A stretch of DNA of 64,000 bases from an uncultured bacterium (GCA_963827235.1 CAWHAE010000009.1:128001-192000); one strand, 5' to 3'. Shown: positions 47,184 to 57,874, numbered from the stretch's first letter. Notes: a model not told the origin generated them from the sequence alone. Program-made: numbers and translations.

Positions 47184-48133
47184 GTGGCGACGCTGTCGAG
47201 CCCGAAGGGCTGCCGGTCGCGAACGTCGACAAGACCGAGCTTGCGCAGCTCGAGCTGCTCGATCCCGGCGGCGTCGACTGGCCGAACGTCCGGCGCACCG
47301 CCTATCTCATCCACCAGCATCTTCGCTACGATTACCCGAGCCCCATCGCGGACCTCGCGCAGCGCCTGATCATCGTGCCGCCGCTCATGCACGGTGACCA
47401 GCGAAGGATCATGTACCGGCTCGACGTGTCGCCTGCACCGGCAACGCGGCAGGAGACGAAAGACGAATTCGGCAACGCGGTCGTCACCCTGCGCCTCGCT
47501 GCCGCCGAGCACTCGGTCGACTTCGAAGCCTGGATAGTAGTAGAGCGCCGGCCCGCGCTCGGCCTCCAACGCCAGCCGGCCGATGTGCCTGCCGTCCGCC
47601 GCCTGCTGGTCCCCTCGCCGCTGACTAGCCCGGACCCGGCGCTCCGCGATGCCGCCCGGCAAATCAGCGCGGCCGGCCCTGCCGGCCGGGACCTGGCCGA
47701 GCGCATCGCCGGATGGACGCATGGAGCGCTGCGCTACGAGCACGATTCGACCGACGTCCACACCACGGCCGCCCAGGCCCTGGCACTCGGACGCGGCGTG
47801 TGCCAGGATTACGCCCACCTGATGTGCGCGCTCTGCCGCCTGTGCAAGATACCCGCCCGCTACGTGTCGGGCCACCTGCTCGGCGAGGGCGGCACGCACG
47901 CCTGGGTAGAAGTGCTGCTGCCCGACTCAGAGCGGCCCGGATGGCTCGTCTCCCACGCATTCGACCCGGCGAACGGTTGCCGGGCCGGCCTGCGTTACGT
48001 GACCGTCGCCGTGGGACGCGACTACGGCGATGTCGCTCCGACCTCGGGTACCTATTACGCCGCCTCCCCAGGGACGCTGCGCGCCCGCAAGACCGTGGGC
48101 CTCACCGCCGCCGAGTACGTGCCGGTGTCTTGA
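47180..48133 (+). CDS. Transglutaminase-like family protein
   Basis: DEFGN, GVCQDYAH, PARYVSG, HAWVEV and GRDYGDV; ATGA-coupled to the previous gene. Confidence 0.9.
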   Translation: MSGDAVEPEGLPVANVDKTELAQLELLDPGGVDWPNVRRTAYLIHQHLRYDYPSPIADLAQRLIIVPPLMHGDQRRIMYRLDVSPAPATRQETKDEFGNAVVTLRLAAAEHSVDFEAWIVVERRPALGLQRQPADVPAVRRLLVPSPLTSPDPALRDAARQISAAGPAGRDLAERIAGWTHGALRYEHDSTDVHTTAAQALALGRGVCQDYAHLMCALCRLCKIPARYVSGHLLGEGGTHAWVEVLLPDSERPGWLVSHAFDPANGCRAGLRYVTVAVGRDYGDVAPTSGTYYAASPGTLRARKTVGLTAAEYVPVS

Positions 48134-48216
48134 ATCCTTGCCGCCACTGCTGCCCGCCGCGACGAAGCGACACAACGGCAACTTGTCAAAGTCGACAACA
48201 GCCGGCTAGCGCCAGG

Positions 48217-48996
48217 TCAGCTGGGGCGGGTGCCGGTCTTCTCTCTGCGAAAGCGCGCCTTGTATTCCGGCGTCATCTTTTCGGTGGCGTACTGGAAGAT
48301 CAGCCTGGCGGCCGTGTCCTTCCACTGCAGCAGAAAGGCTTCGACCGGTTCGGGCTGGCGTTTCCAGGCGTCGCGCAGGAACCAGCCCAGCCCCTGGTGC
48401 ACCACTTTCTCCCCGTCGAGCATCATCGGCCGCAGGAACTCGACTAACGGCTCGACGTCCCGATCGCCCTTCAGCAGCACCAGCATCGTCACCGGCACCG
48501 CTCGCCGCTTGAACTTGGCGGGCGACTGACGCCAGGGGCCCAGGGCGTCAAGGGGCACGATGCTTCTGCTCAGGAACTCGCCCAGCACCCGGCCGCAGAG
48601 CGTGTCGCCATGCGCCCAGTTTCGCACCCCGATCTCGAGCCAGGTGCCCAGCCGCTCGAATACTGCCGGGGAGTACTCCTTCTTGAGCTTGCCGGCGAGG
48701 TAAATAGCCAGGAACCCTTCTTCGTACTTGCCGTCTTGCCACAGCAGATCGCCGAGATCGAGAATGCCCTGCAGGCCGAGCTCGCCTGTACAGGTCTTGA
48801 ACCACTCCTCCCGCTTCGGCTTCAGTACGCTCTCGGGCACGCCGTAGGCGTCGTAGCCTTCGACGAAATACTTGGCGTATTTGGCGACCAGCTCCGCGTT
48901 CGCGTGGGCGCCGTAGAACTCGCGTATCTCCGATAGCAGCCTTTCGAGCAGCGCCACGCGCTGCCCTTCGGACGCGATTGTCTGTGCGGCCTTCAT
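48217..48996 (-). CDS. DNA alkylation repair protein (AlkD-like HEAT repeat)
   Basis: YDAYGV, VRNWAHGDTLC, VHQGLGWFLRDAWK and YATEKM. Confidence 0.85.
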   Translation of the reverse strand: MKAAQTIASEGQRVALLERLLSEIREFYGAHANAELVAKYAKYFVEGYDAYGVPESVLKPKREEWFKTCTGELGLQGILDLGDLLWQDGKYEEGFLAIYLAGKLKKEYSPAVFERLGTWLEIGVRNWAHGDTLCGRVLGEFLSRSIVPLDALGPWRQSPAKFKRRAVPVTMLVLLKGDRDVEPLVEFLRPMMLDGEKVVHQGLGWFLRDAWKRQPEPVEAFLLQWKDTAARLIFQYATEKMTPEYKARFRREKTGTRPS

Positions 48997-49449
48997 GCCG
49001 TGCCCCTCTACATCTCGCGCTATAGGTCGTCAGATAATGATTCCGAGTTTCGGACTGGCAGCACCAGAGTAGAATTCCCCACAGGTGTGGGGTTGTTTAC
49101 CTGAAGAGCTATAGCAGCATCGGGACCCCAAACTTATCCTACAACCAGCGCGTCCCATCTACCGGCACGCGCGCCACTCGCGAAGAGTGGTCGGCCGGAC
49201 CCTTGCCGCCAAAGTGCCGGCCCTCGTCGCCGCGCCCAATCAGGTACGTCTGATGCCACCGGATGTAGGTACGGTCCCACATTGACAAAGCTCGTGCCGC
49301 CGGCCGATCTGGCCGCCGGCACGTCGCTCACCCGCGCAAACGTCGAGGCGACAGCCACGAGTACCGGCACGGTTGCGTACGCGCCGGCAGACTATGCCGC
49401 CGCGGGCGGAGCCGCCGGCATCCCGTCGAGCTCGTGGGGGGCCGGCACC

Positions 49450-50640
49450 CTACACCGTGTGGGCGGCCACGTACTTCGCGTCCAGCTCGAGGCCGAATCC
49501 CGGCCCTGCCGGCACGCGATAGAGTCCGTCGCGAATCTCCGGCCGGTTAGCGATCAGGTTCCAGAACAGCGGATCGCGCTCGGGGTGAAAACACTCGACG
49601 TAGGTGCCGTGCGGTATGGAGGCAAGTAGGTGAGCGGAGATCTGCGGTTCCTCGTGATGACCCATCTCGACGTCGAATGCCGAGGCGATCGCCGCCACGC
49701 GACGCCATTGCGTGGGGCCGCCAGCCCACGACGCGTCGAAATTGCAGACGTCGATGGCGCCGTCGACCATCAGATCGCGGGCACCGGCCAGCGATACCTC
49801 GCTCTGGCCGGCCGCCACCGGAACGCCGCTCAGGTAGCGAACGTCGCGCATGGCCCGCCGGTCGTTGGTCCACCGGCACGGCTCCTCAAACCAGCGAATG
49901 TCGAGCCCGTCGATCAGGCGGCAGAATTGCACGGCCTCGCGCAGGGTATAGCCCTGATTGGCGTCTGCCATCAGCACGAAGCTCGCCCCGGCGGCCTCGC
50001 GTGCCACGCGGAAACGCTTCGCGTCTTCCTCCGGCGAGGCGCCGCCGACCTTGAACTTGCAGCCCGCCAGCCCGCTCTTCTGGTAGAACTGCATCTCCTC
50101 GGCCAGCTCCTGGCTGCTCCGTTGGTAGTAGCCGCCGATCGCGATAATCGGCAGTGCGTCGCGGTAGCCGCCCCACAGCCGGTAGAGCGGCATGCCCAGC
50201 GCTTTGCCCACCGCGTCCCAGATCGCGCTGTCGACACACGCCATCGCTTGCGTGGCAAGCTTGCGCTCTCGCAGAATGTCGAAGGTGCTGGGCAGCATCT
50301 CCTGCCAGCAACCCTCCACATTGAAGGCGTCGCGCCCCACGAGCGACGGTACCAGCTCCTGCTGGATGATGCGCCGTATCGGCGCCTGTAGCTCATCCTC
50401 GTCGCCGTTATAGGATTCGCCCACGATCCCGTCTTCGGTGAGCACGCGCGTGATGATCGTGCAGCGCTTGTCCATCTGGTATTTGCTGCCGCGAAACACG
50501 CGGGCTAGTGGGACGCGCAGGCCTATCGTTTCGATGCTGCGAATGCGCAGCGGTGCCGCACTCCACTGTTGCTGCTTGACGTGCGCGCTCCCCAAAGCAC
50601 TCGCCTCTGTCCCGGCGCCCTTATCCGAACCCGATTCCAT
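49450..50640 (-). CDS. Mandelate racemase/MLE-type enolase superfamily enzyme
   Basis: DSAIWDAVGK, KFKVG, MADANQG, WFEEP, AAGQSE and PGFG. Confidence 0.92.
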   Translation of the reverse strand: MESGSDKGAGTEASALGSAHVKQQQWSAAPLRIRSIETIGLRVPLARVFRGSKYQMDKRCTIITRVLTEDGIVGESYNGDEDELQAPIRRIIQQELVPSLVGRDAFNVEGCWQEMLPSTFDILRERKLATQAMACVDSAIWDAVGKALGMPLYRLWGGYRDALPIIAIGGYYQRSSQELAEEMQFYQKSGLAGCKFKVGGASPEEDAKRFRVAREAAGASFVLMADANQGYTLREAVQFCRLIDGLDIRWFEEPCRWTNDRRAMRDVRYLSGVPVAAGQSEVSLAGARDLMVDGAIDVCNFDASWAGGPTQWRRVAAIASAFDVEMGHHEEPQISAHLLASIPHGTYVECFHPERDPLFWNLIANRPEIRDGLYRVPAGPGFGLELDAKYVAAHTV

Positions 50641-50936
50641 TGGCCCATCCTTCCACTGCGGCCTGAGCCGCGTTCGCGCCCGCCGCCCCATCTTGCCTCA
50701 CCTGTTCGGCGGCGGCTTCGTACCGGCCCGAGACTACGGTCCCCATACACCAGTCGCGAGTGCCGCCAACCCCGGCTCTGGCGTGCTCACCGCGCGCATC
50801 AGCCGCGACCCACTGTGGTGCGTACCCCGGCCGACCCGTCGTCGACCTCCTCGCAGCTGGAGATTCCCGTCCACCTGGGACCGCGGTCCCCATCCGCTGG
50901 CATGCGACCTCAGTCGCAGGCTTGGTTCGTCGAGTG

Positions 50937-51932
50937 CTACCCGAGCAGGCGCCGCACCGCGGACGCGATTCGCGCCGCATCCGGAATGGCGGCCGCTTCG
51001 AGCAGTGGACTGTACGGCAGGGGCACGTCCGCGAGGCACACGCGCGTGACCGGCGCGTCGAGGCTGTCGAACGCCTCCTCCTGCGCCAGTGCCGCCACGG
51101 TAGCCCCCCAGCCTCCTGTACGCGGCGCCTCCTCCACGACGATCAGGCGATTGGTCCGCTCGAGCGATCGATAGATGGCGCCAGTGTCGAGCGGCACCAG
51201 GCTGCGCAGATCGATCACCTCCATCTCGATCCCCTCCCCGGCCAGGATGCTCGCCGCTTCCACGGCCTGATGAACCATGGCCATGGTTGCTACCACCGTC
51301 ACGTCTCGCCCCGCGCGCACCGTGCAGGCCGTCCCCAATGGAATCACCTCCGCGTCGCCGGGAACCGGCGCCTTGATCCGGTTGTAGAGCGCCTTGTGCT
51401 CGAGGAAGACAACCGGATTCTCGTCGCGGATAGCCGCACGCAGCAGCCCTTTGGCGTCCGCCGGCGAGGATGGTGCCACCAGCTTCAGGCCGGGCATACC
51501 CATGAGAACCACCTCGAGCGTCTGCGAGTGCTGGGCCCCGAAGGAGAGCCCGCCGCCGCAGGCTGCGCGAATGACCAGGGGTGCGGAGAACTGGCCGCCG
51601 CTCATGAACCGGTACTTGGCAACCTGATTGCCTATCCCGTCGAAAGCCACCATGGCGAAGTCGGCGAACATCAGGTTGACCACGGGCCGCATGCCGGTGA
51701 GCGCGGCACCCAGGGCGGCTCCGATTATTGCCTGCTCGGAGATCGGCGCGTCCCACACACGTGTCGGCCCGAATTCCTCGAACAGACCGGCCGTCTCTTT
51801 GAAGGCGCCGCCCGCCTGGCCGACATCCTCGCCGATCAGCACCACGCGCGAGTCCCGCCGCATCTCCTCGGCCAGGGCATCGCGAATGGCGTCCCGGAAA
51901 CTCACCTCGGCCGGAGCGCTAAGCGTAGACAT
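50937..51932 (-). CDS. TPP-dependent dehydrogenase E1 beta subunit (AcoB/PdhB-like)
   Basis: IGEDVG, DAPISE, AQHSQ, DAKGLL and EVIDLRSL. Confidence 0.93.
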   Translation of the reverse strand: MSTLSAPAEVSFRDAIRDALAEEMRRDSRVVLIGEDVGQAGGAFKETAGLFEEFGPTRVWDAPISEQAIIGAALGAALTGMRPVVNLMFADFAMVAFDGIGNQVAKYRFMSGGQFSAPLVIRAACGGGLSFGAQHSQTLEVVLMGMPGLKLVAPSSPADAKGLLRAAIRDENPVVFLEHKALYNRIKAPVPGDAEVIPLGTACTVRAGRDVTVVATMAMVHQAVEAASILAGEGIEMEVIDLRSLVPLDTGAIYRSLERTNRLIVVEEAPRTGGWGATVAALAQEEAFDSLDAPVTRVCLADVPLPYSPLLEAAAIPDAARIASAVRRLLG

Positions 51933-52878
51933 AGCTACTCATATCCTCCGCCAGCACTGCCGCCTCGCGCGCCTCGTGCTCCGCAGCGTCGACCCGCTCC
52001 CGCGCGGCGGCCTGAATCAGGGCGTCGGCAGCCTCGTCCAACAGTCTGCGATCCATCAGGCGCCTGCTCGACAACGTCAGGGGGTCGCGGGCGAGCCAGT
52101 ATTCAACCTCCTCGCGCGGCCGATACGTGCCCGGATCCGAGCGGGAATGGCCGCGCTGGCGGTACGTCTCGCACTCGATCAGCATGGGCCCGCCCCCTTC
52201 CCGCGCGCGATCCACGGCCCGGCGTGTGACGGCAAACACCGCTTCCACGTCGTTGCCGTCCACCCTCGCCGAGGGCATGCCGTAGGCTCCGGCCCGCTCG
52301 GCCACGTGGGCCACCGGGCTGGTACGTGCAAAGGGGGTGTATTCGCCGTAGAGATTGTTCTCGCAGACAAAGATGACCGGCAGTCGCCAGACGGCGGCAA
52401 GATTGAGAGACTCGTGGAACGCGCCGATGTTCACGGAGCCGTCGCCGAAGAACGCCACCGCGACCTGGTCCGTGCCGCGCAGGCGGATCGACCACGCGGC
52501 GCCGACCGCCACCGGCAGCCCGGCCCCCACGATGGCAAACGATCCCAGTGCTCCGCATCCCGCGTCCGCCAGGTGCATGGAGCCGCCCAGGCCGCGACAG
52601 AGTCCAGTAGCGCGACCCATGATCTCGGCCATCGCCCGCGTCGGATCGGCGCCCTTGGCCAGCACCTGGCCATGACCACGGTACGTGCAGGTCATGTAGT
52701 CATCGTGGCGCAGCGCGGCGCACACGCCCACTGCCACGGCTTCCTGTCCCTGACAGAGATGCGTCGTGCCGGAGACGTCTCCCTGCACGAAGAGCTCCTG
52801 CACGCGGTCCTCGAATTCCCGGATCAGCCACATCATGCGGTAAGCGGCAAGCAGGTCCAGATCGCCGGATGCGTTCAT
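51919..52878 (-). CDS. TPP-dependent dehydrogenase E1 alpha subunit (AcoA/PdhA-like)
   Basis: HLCQGQEA, GGSMH, FFGDGS...CENNLY and TYRQRGHS. Confidence 0.93.
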   Translation of the reverse strand: MNASGDLDLLAAYRMMWLIREFEDRVQELFVQGDVSGTTHLCQGQEAVAVGVCAALRHDDYMTCTYRGHGQVLAKGADPTRAMAEIMGRATGLCRGLGGSMHLADAGCGALGSFAIVGAGLPVAVGAAWSIRLRGTDQVAVAFFGDGSVNIGAFHESLNLAAVWRLPVIFVCENNLYGEYTPFARTSPVAHVAERAGAYGMPSARVDGNDVEAVFAVTRRAVDRAREGGGPMLIECETYRQRGHSRSDPGTYRPREEVEYWLARDPLTLSSRRLMDRRLLDEAADALIQAAARERVDAAEHEAREAAVLAEDMSSYVYA

Positions 52879-53071
52879 GGCGCGTTAGTCACCTCAGTGT
52901 CGTCGGTGCTGTATGAGCCTGCGCGTGGGTTTCATGCTCTTGCGGGCGTGGGGCCTCGGCAGACCGACCATGGGCAGGCTCGACGGACCGCCGCAAGATA
53001 CGATTCTGGAAGCGATTGCAGGAATTGTAACATGCAAGAGCCGGTCGCGCAACGTCGGTCTTGAGGCTTGC

Positions 53072-54205
53072 TCAGTGCGATCCGGGCGTGCTCCTGTAGC
53101 GCTCTACCACATCCTCCCGCACCCGGATGCCCAGGCCCGGCCCCTCGGGCGGCAGCATCCAGCCGTCGACGTGATCGAACGGCTTGTCCACCAGGTCGTG
53201 CTGCATGGGATTCCACAGCGGCTTGACCTCGAATTGCCGGCAGATCGGCGTGCTGAAGGAGATTGCCAGGCTCGCCGCGGTGACGATGGCCGAAGACCAG
53301 GCATGCGCGTTTGCCTGCGCGTGTGCCGCCTCCGCGTCCCCGCACACGCGCAGAAAGCCGCTGATCCCTTCCGCTCGCCCCGGATCGACGCCGACCACGT
53401 CGACTGTCCCCGTCTGCAGGATGCGCCGGTAGCCCGCGGCCGTCCACTCTCGCTCGCCATAGGCGATTCGCGTCTCCGTCCTGGCACGCAGCGCCGCGTA
53501 TCCGACCGGGTCATCCGCTCCCAGGGGCTCCTCTATCCAGCCCAGCTCGTACTCCTCCATGGCCCGCACGCGCTTGATCGCAGTGCCGACGTCCCAGCGA
53601 ACGGCGTTGCCGATGTCGATCATGATCTGCTTGTCCGGCCCAAGGGCTCGGCGCAAAGTCGCTACGAAGGCGACGTCACGCGTGTGCTCGAAGCCGAGAC
53701 GGGCCTCGCCTCGCTTGCCGAAACCCACCTTGATGCCGTGAAGCCCGTTGCCCACCCAGCCGGCCATCTCCTCGACCAGCGTCGACAGCTCTGCCCGCGT
53801 GGCATGGCACGACACGATGGCCGGCAGGCGCTCTTTGCAGGGACCGCCCAGGAGCGTGAGCACGGAGGTACCAAGCGCCTTGCCCTTGAGATCCCAGAGA
53901 GCAATGTCGAGCGCGGCGATGGCGAACGAGGCGATGCCGCCCACGCCGTACCACCAAGCATGCTCCTTGAGCAGCCGCCACAGGCTGTCGGTATCGACCG
54001 GATCGCGGTCGATCAGCAGCGGCGCCATGCCGTCCACGATAGCTTTCGTGGCCCACGACGCTTCCGGCCACATGGTGACCGCCTCGCCCCATCCCACCTG
54101 CCCGTCGTCCGCCCGCACGCGCACGAGGCAGAGATGACGCACGGCATTGTTGTCGTTGGGCTCAGGGTAGGCGATCGGAATGGCCTCGATCGACTCAATG
54201 CGCAT
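53072..54205 (-). CDS. Mandelate racemase/MLE-type enolase superfamily enzyme
   Basis: GWGE, DIALWDLKGK, KVGFGK, WIEEP, GEREW and PGLG. Confidence 0.92.
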   Translation of the reverse strand: MRIESIEAIPIAYPEPNDNNAVRHLCLVRVRADDGQVGWGEAVTMWPEASWATKAIVDGMAPLLIDRDPVDTDSLWRLLKEHAWWYGVGGIASFAIAALDIALWDLKGKALGTSVLTLLGGPCKERLPAIVSCHATRAELSTLVEEMAGWVGNGLHGIKVGFGKRGEARLGFEHTRDVAFVATLRRALGPDKQIMIDIGNAVRWDVGTAIKRVRAMEEYELGWIEEPLGADDPVGYAALRARTETRIAYGEREWTAAGYRRILQTGTVDVVGVDPGRAEGISGFLRVCGDAEAAHAQANAHAWSSAIVTAASLAISFSTPICRQFEVKPLWNPMQHDLVDKPFDHVDGWMLPPEGPGLGIRVREDVVERYRSTPGSH

Positions 54206-54414
54206 CGGCGTCCTCCTATCGCGCTGTCAGCAGACCTATCTATCCTATCGCAGTCATAACCGGCCGGGCGTTTTGCATAGAGCCCTTCTATGGCATCGTA
54301 TAGCGAGCGGCTTATAGCTTCCCAGTGCGAATGGCACGGCAGGCGGTCCGTGAGCATGCCGCGGGGTGAATAGCCGGGTGACGGCTAGGCTGGTGAGAGC
54401 GAAGGGATAGTCAC

Positions 54415-55182
54415 ATGGCCTGGAGCGTTGGAGCGGGACTCGAGGGAAAAGGCGTTCTGGTCACCGGGGCAGCGGGGGGCATTGGGCGCCCGGTGGCGGA
54501 GGCGTTCGCGCTCGCCGGGGCGCGCGTGATGGCCGTCGACCTGAGCCAGGACGCCGTCGACGACGTCGTAGCAGGATTGGCAGGCGACGGACATCGCGCC
54601 GTCGCCGCCGACTTGCGGGACATCGGCGCCCACGGCGCGCTGGTGGCCCGCGCCCGGACGGAGCTGGGCTCGCTGGACGTGCTCGCCCACGTGGCCGCCG
54701 TGCTGCTCCGGCGCGCCGACCTCGACGAGGTGAGCGAAGACGATTGGGACCGGCAGCTCGACCTGAATCTGAAGGCGAGCTTCTTCCTCTGCCGGGCCGC
54801 GGCCCGCGTGATGCGCGCCGCGGGCCGTGGCGGACGCATCATCACCTTCACGTCTCAGGGCTGGTGGACCGGCGGCTTCGGCGGCTCGGTCGTCTACAGC
54901 GCCTCGAAGGGCGGTATCGTCTCGCTCACGCGCGGCCTCGCCCGCACCTACGGGCCCCATGGCATCACGGTCAACGCCGTCTCACCGGGCCTCGTGCGGA
55001 CGCCTATGCTCACCGACGGATTGGCCGGCGACACGTACGAGACAATGCTTCGCCAGGTACCGCTCGGGCGGGTGGCCGAGCCGTCCGAGCTCGCTGGCAC
55101 CGTCGTCTTCCTGGCCAGCGACCACGCCACCTACATAACCGGCGCCACGATCAACGTCAGCGGCGGATTCCTGATGTATTAG
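54415..55182 (+). CDS. SDR family oxidoreductase
   Basis: TGAAGGIG, YSASK and VNAVSPG. Confidence 0.93.
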   Translation: MAWSVGAGLEGKGVLVTGAAGGIGRPVAEAFALAGARVMAVDLSQDAVDDVVAGLAGDGHRAVAADLRDIGAHGALVARARTELGSLDVLAHVAAVLLRRADLDEVSEDDWDRQLDLNLKASFFLCRAAARVMRAAGRGGRIITFTSQGWWTGGFGGSVVYSASKGGIVSLTRGLARTYGPHGITVNAVSPGLVRTPMLTDGLAGDTYETMLRQVPLGRVAEPSELAGTVVFLASDHATYITGATINVSGGFLMY

Positions 55183-55351
55183 CGGTCTGTCAACCGGCTA
55201 TCGTTGCGGAATGGAGACGGCCCGAGACCGGGGCGCCTGCCGCGGCGGCTCGCAAATGGCAGCAGAAGCGTGCCTTGACTCTCACCGGGACACACGCTAC
55301 TGTGGGAATTGCCGGCTGGAATCGATTGCAGGGTCGAGAGGAGCGCCTCGC

Positions 55352-56416
55352 ATGGGGAAGTTGCGCCTTGGTGTGATTGGCGCCGGATCGTGGGCGGTCG
55401 CTTCGCACCTTCCGAACCTGGAGCGCCGCCGCGACGACGTCGAGTTCGTCGCCGTCAGCCGGCGCGGTCGTGCACAGCTCGAGATGATCCGCGACCGATA
55501 CGGCTTCGCCGTGGCCAGCGAAGACTATCACGACGTGCTCGCCGCCGGTATCGACATCTGCGTTGTGGCCAGCCCCTCGGCCCTGCACTACGAGCACGTT
55601 ATGGCTGCCCTGAAGGCCGGGGCCTCCGTGCTCCTGGAGAAGCCGGTGACGGTCAATGCCCGGCAGGCCTGGGACCTCGTGGAGGCGGCGCAGCGGCTGG
55701 ACCGCGACGTGGTCATCGCCTACGGCTGGAACTACAAGCCTATGGTGCGCGAGGCGAAACGGCTGCTCTCCGAAGGGCGCGGCATCGGCACCGTCGAGCA
55801 GGTCATGGTCAGCATGTCCTCGGCCACTCGAGAGCTCCTGTCCCATACGGGCTCCTACCCGGATGCCTCCGGCGAGGTGGCGCCCGATCCCGCGACCTGG
55901 ACCGATCCCCGCCTCTCGGGCGGCGGCTACGCGCAAGCGCAGCTCTCCCACGCCCTGGGCCTGGCGCTCTGGCTTACCGGGTTGACTGGCAAAGAGGTAT
56001 TCGCCCTCATGTCCGCGCCGCTCTCGGCGCCGGTCGAGCTGCACGATGCGATGGTGATTCGCTTCCAGAACGACGCCATCGGCACAGTCTCCGGAGGCTC
56101 CGCACACCAGGCAGCCGACGGCGGCAAGCATCACCTGGAGGTTCGCGCCATCGGCTCTGAAGGCCAGCTTCTGGTCGACGTGGCTCGAGAGGCCGTGTGG
56201 CTGTTCAATCGCGATCGCGGCGACCTCAAGCTGCCGATCCCGGCCGAAGCCGGCCGTTACGACTGCGTCGGCCCGGTAGACGCTCTGGTGGATCGCGCCC
56301 TCGGACGCCCGGCCGAGAATTGCTCGCCACTCGAGCTGGGAGCGCGCACTGTCGAGATCCTCGACGCCGCCTACCGCAGCGCCGCCACCGGCCGGTTGGC
56401 GCCCGTACGGCGCTAG
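55352..56416 (+). CDS. Gfo/Idh/MocA family oxidoreductase
   Basis: GVIGAGSWA, VLLEKP and SGGGYAQAQLSH. Confidence 0.9.
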   Translation: MGKLRLGVIGAGSWAVASHLPNLERRRDDVEFVAVSRRGRAQLEMIRDRYGFAVASEDYHDVLAAGIDICVVASPSALHYEHVMAALKAGASVLLEKPVTVNARQAWDLVEAAQRLDRDVVIAYGWNYKPMVREAKRLLSEGRGIGTVEQVMVSMSSATRELLSHTGSYPDASGEVAPDPATWTDPRLSGGGYAQAQLSHALGLALWLTGLTGKEVFALMSAPLSAPVELHDAMVIRFQNDAIGTVSGGSAHQAADGGKHHLEVRAIGSEGQLLVDVAREAVWLFNRDRGDLKLPIPAEAGRYDCVGPVDALVDRALGRPAENCSPLELGARTVEILDAAYRSAATGRLAPVRR

Positions 56417-56429
56417 CGCATCAGTCAAC

Positions 56430-56818
56430 AGAGACACGTCGAGAGCAAGCGCGACCTCTACTCGCTGGCAGGGGTGCTCGGGTACGTGGTCTTCGACCCC
56501 ACGGCTGAACACATCGTCGAGCGAATACGTGCGTGGCGCTCCGCGGACGACGTGTTCGAGCCCTGGCTGCCGGCACCACGCGCAGACGGGCAGCCCGCCT
56601 GGGACAGCCGCGTGCTGGGTCTCGCCCTCCGTGCCGAGGGACCCTTGCTGCGTTTCGACCATCCGCTGCTTGGGCCGCTACTTGGACGGCGCGAAGTGGT
56701 GGATCGGTACCGGATGGCCAAGCAAGCAGCCGACGCGGCAGAACGCCGCGCGCTTGCCGCGGAGCAAGAAATTGGCGTCTTGCAGGCTGAGCTCCGGCAC
56801 CTCAGGGGCGGCTTGTAG
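56430..56818 (+). pseudogene. Uma2 family endonuclease, N-terminally truncated
   Basis: SKRDLYSLAGVLGYVVFDP...SRVLGLAL...AERRALAAEQEI is the typical Uma2 C-terminal half; the PD...EV catalytic part is absent. Confidence 0.7.
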
Positions 56819-56839
56819 AGGTAGGCTGTGCCCCCTTGC

Positions 56840-57874
56840 TCAGGTAGCAGCTCCGGCGCCGGCCAGTCCGCACGAGGCCCGTGGCTCGAAGTGCGTCTCC
56901 AGCGTCGCGATCTCGGGCTCGTTGCTCCCATGCAGCCGGCGCAGCAGGAGCTGGGCGGCCACGCGGCCCATGGCGACGTTGTCGCGTGAGATCGTGGCAA
57001 TAGGAGGCGTGAACAGCTCCGCCAGCGGCACCTCGTCGCAGGTGACCAGGCCAAGGTCCTCTCCCAGCTTCAATCCTCGCTTGACGATCGCTCGCAGACA
57101 GCCGGTCAAGAGCTGGTTGTAGCCCACCACGACTGCAGTGGGCGCGTCCGCTCTGTCGAGCAGCTCGCCGGTAATCGCCTCGCACTCCTGCTCGGAGAGC
57201 CACCCAGCTCGGTGGATGAACGTCTCGGGCAGGCCGCGGGCAGTGTAGGCGGCTCGAAGCCCCAGCAGGCGCTCGCGCCCGGGACGAATGTCGGTGGGCA
57301 GTGAGATCAGTGCGATGCGCCGATGCCCGAGATCGAGCAGGCAGCCGGCCGCCCGTTCCATACCCGTCCTGTGCTCGGACAGCACGGCGCTGGCTCGCAG
57401 TCGTCGAGGCAAATCGCGATCGATGGCCACGATAGGCACGTCGACGCGCGAAAGAGCCTCCAGCGTAGCACGCTTCCGCTCGCTGGACAGGGACACGATC
57501 AGACCGTCCACTCGCCTGCTCTGCAGGAACCGCACGTCGGCGGCGTCGAGGTCGGGGTCGTTCTGCGAGTTCATCAACAGCAAGGAGTAGCCTGCTGCTC
57601 GCAGCACCTCCTCCGCGCCGCGCACGATCTTGGCGGCAATCGACGGGTTGGCGATGTCCGTCAGAGTGAACCCTACCGAAAGCGTGGCCCCGCGTCGCAG
57701 GCTCTGGGCGAGGAAGTCCGGCGTATATCCGAGCTGCTCCACCACCCGCAACACCCGCTCGCGCATGAGTGGACTGACGTCCGGGTGACCGGACATCACG
57801 CGGGACACAGTCGACATGGCCACTCCCGCCTCCTGCGCGACCTGGCGCATGTCCGGCCTGCGGGCGTTGGTCAT
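56840..57874 (-). CDS. LacI family transcriptional regulator
   Basis: DMRQVAQEAGVAMSTVSRV and LGHRRIA. Confidence 0.93.
   Translation of the reverse strand: MTNARRPDMRQVAQEAGVAMSTVSRVMSGHPDVSPLMRERVLRVVEQLGYTPDFLAQSLRRGATLSVGFTLTDIANPSIAAKIVRGAEEVLRAAGYSLLLMNSQNDPDLDAADVRFLQSRRVDGLIVSLSSERKRATLEALSRVDVPIVAIDRDLPRRLRASAVLSEHRTGMERAAGCLLDLGHRRIALISLPTDIRPGRERLLGLRAAYTARGLPETFIHRAGWLSEQECEAITGELLDRADAPTAVVVGYNQLLTGCLRAIVKRGLKLGEDLGLVTCDEVPLAELFTPPIATISRDNVAMGRVAAQLLLRRLHGSNEPEIATLETHFEPRASCGLAGAGAAT

Noticed and set aside
49072-49100. CRISPR array
   Set aside because: Single repeat-like unit, no spacers and no cas genes
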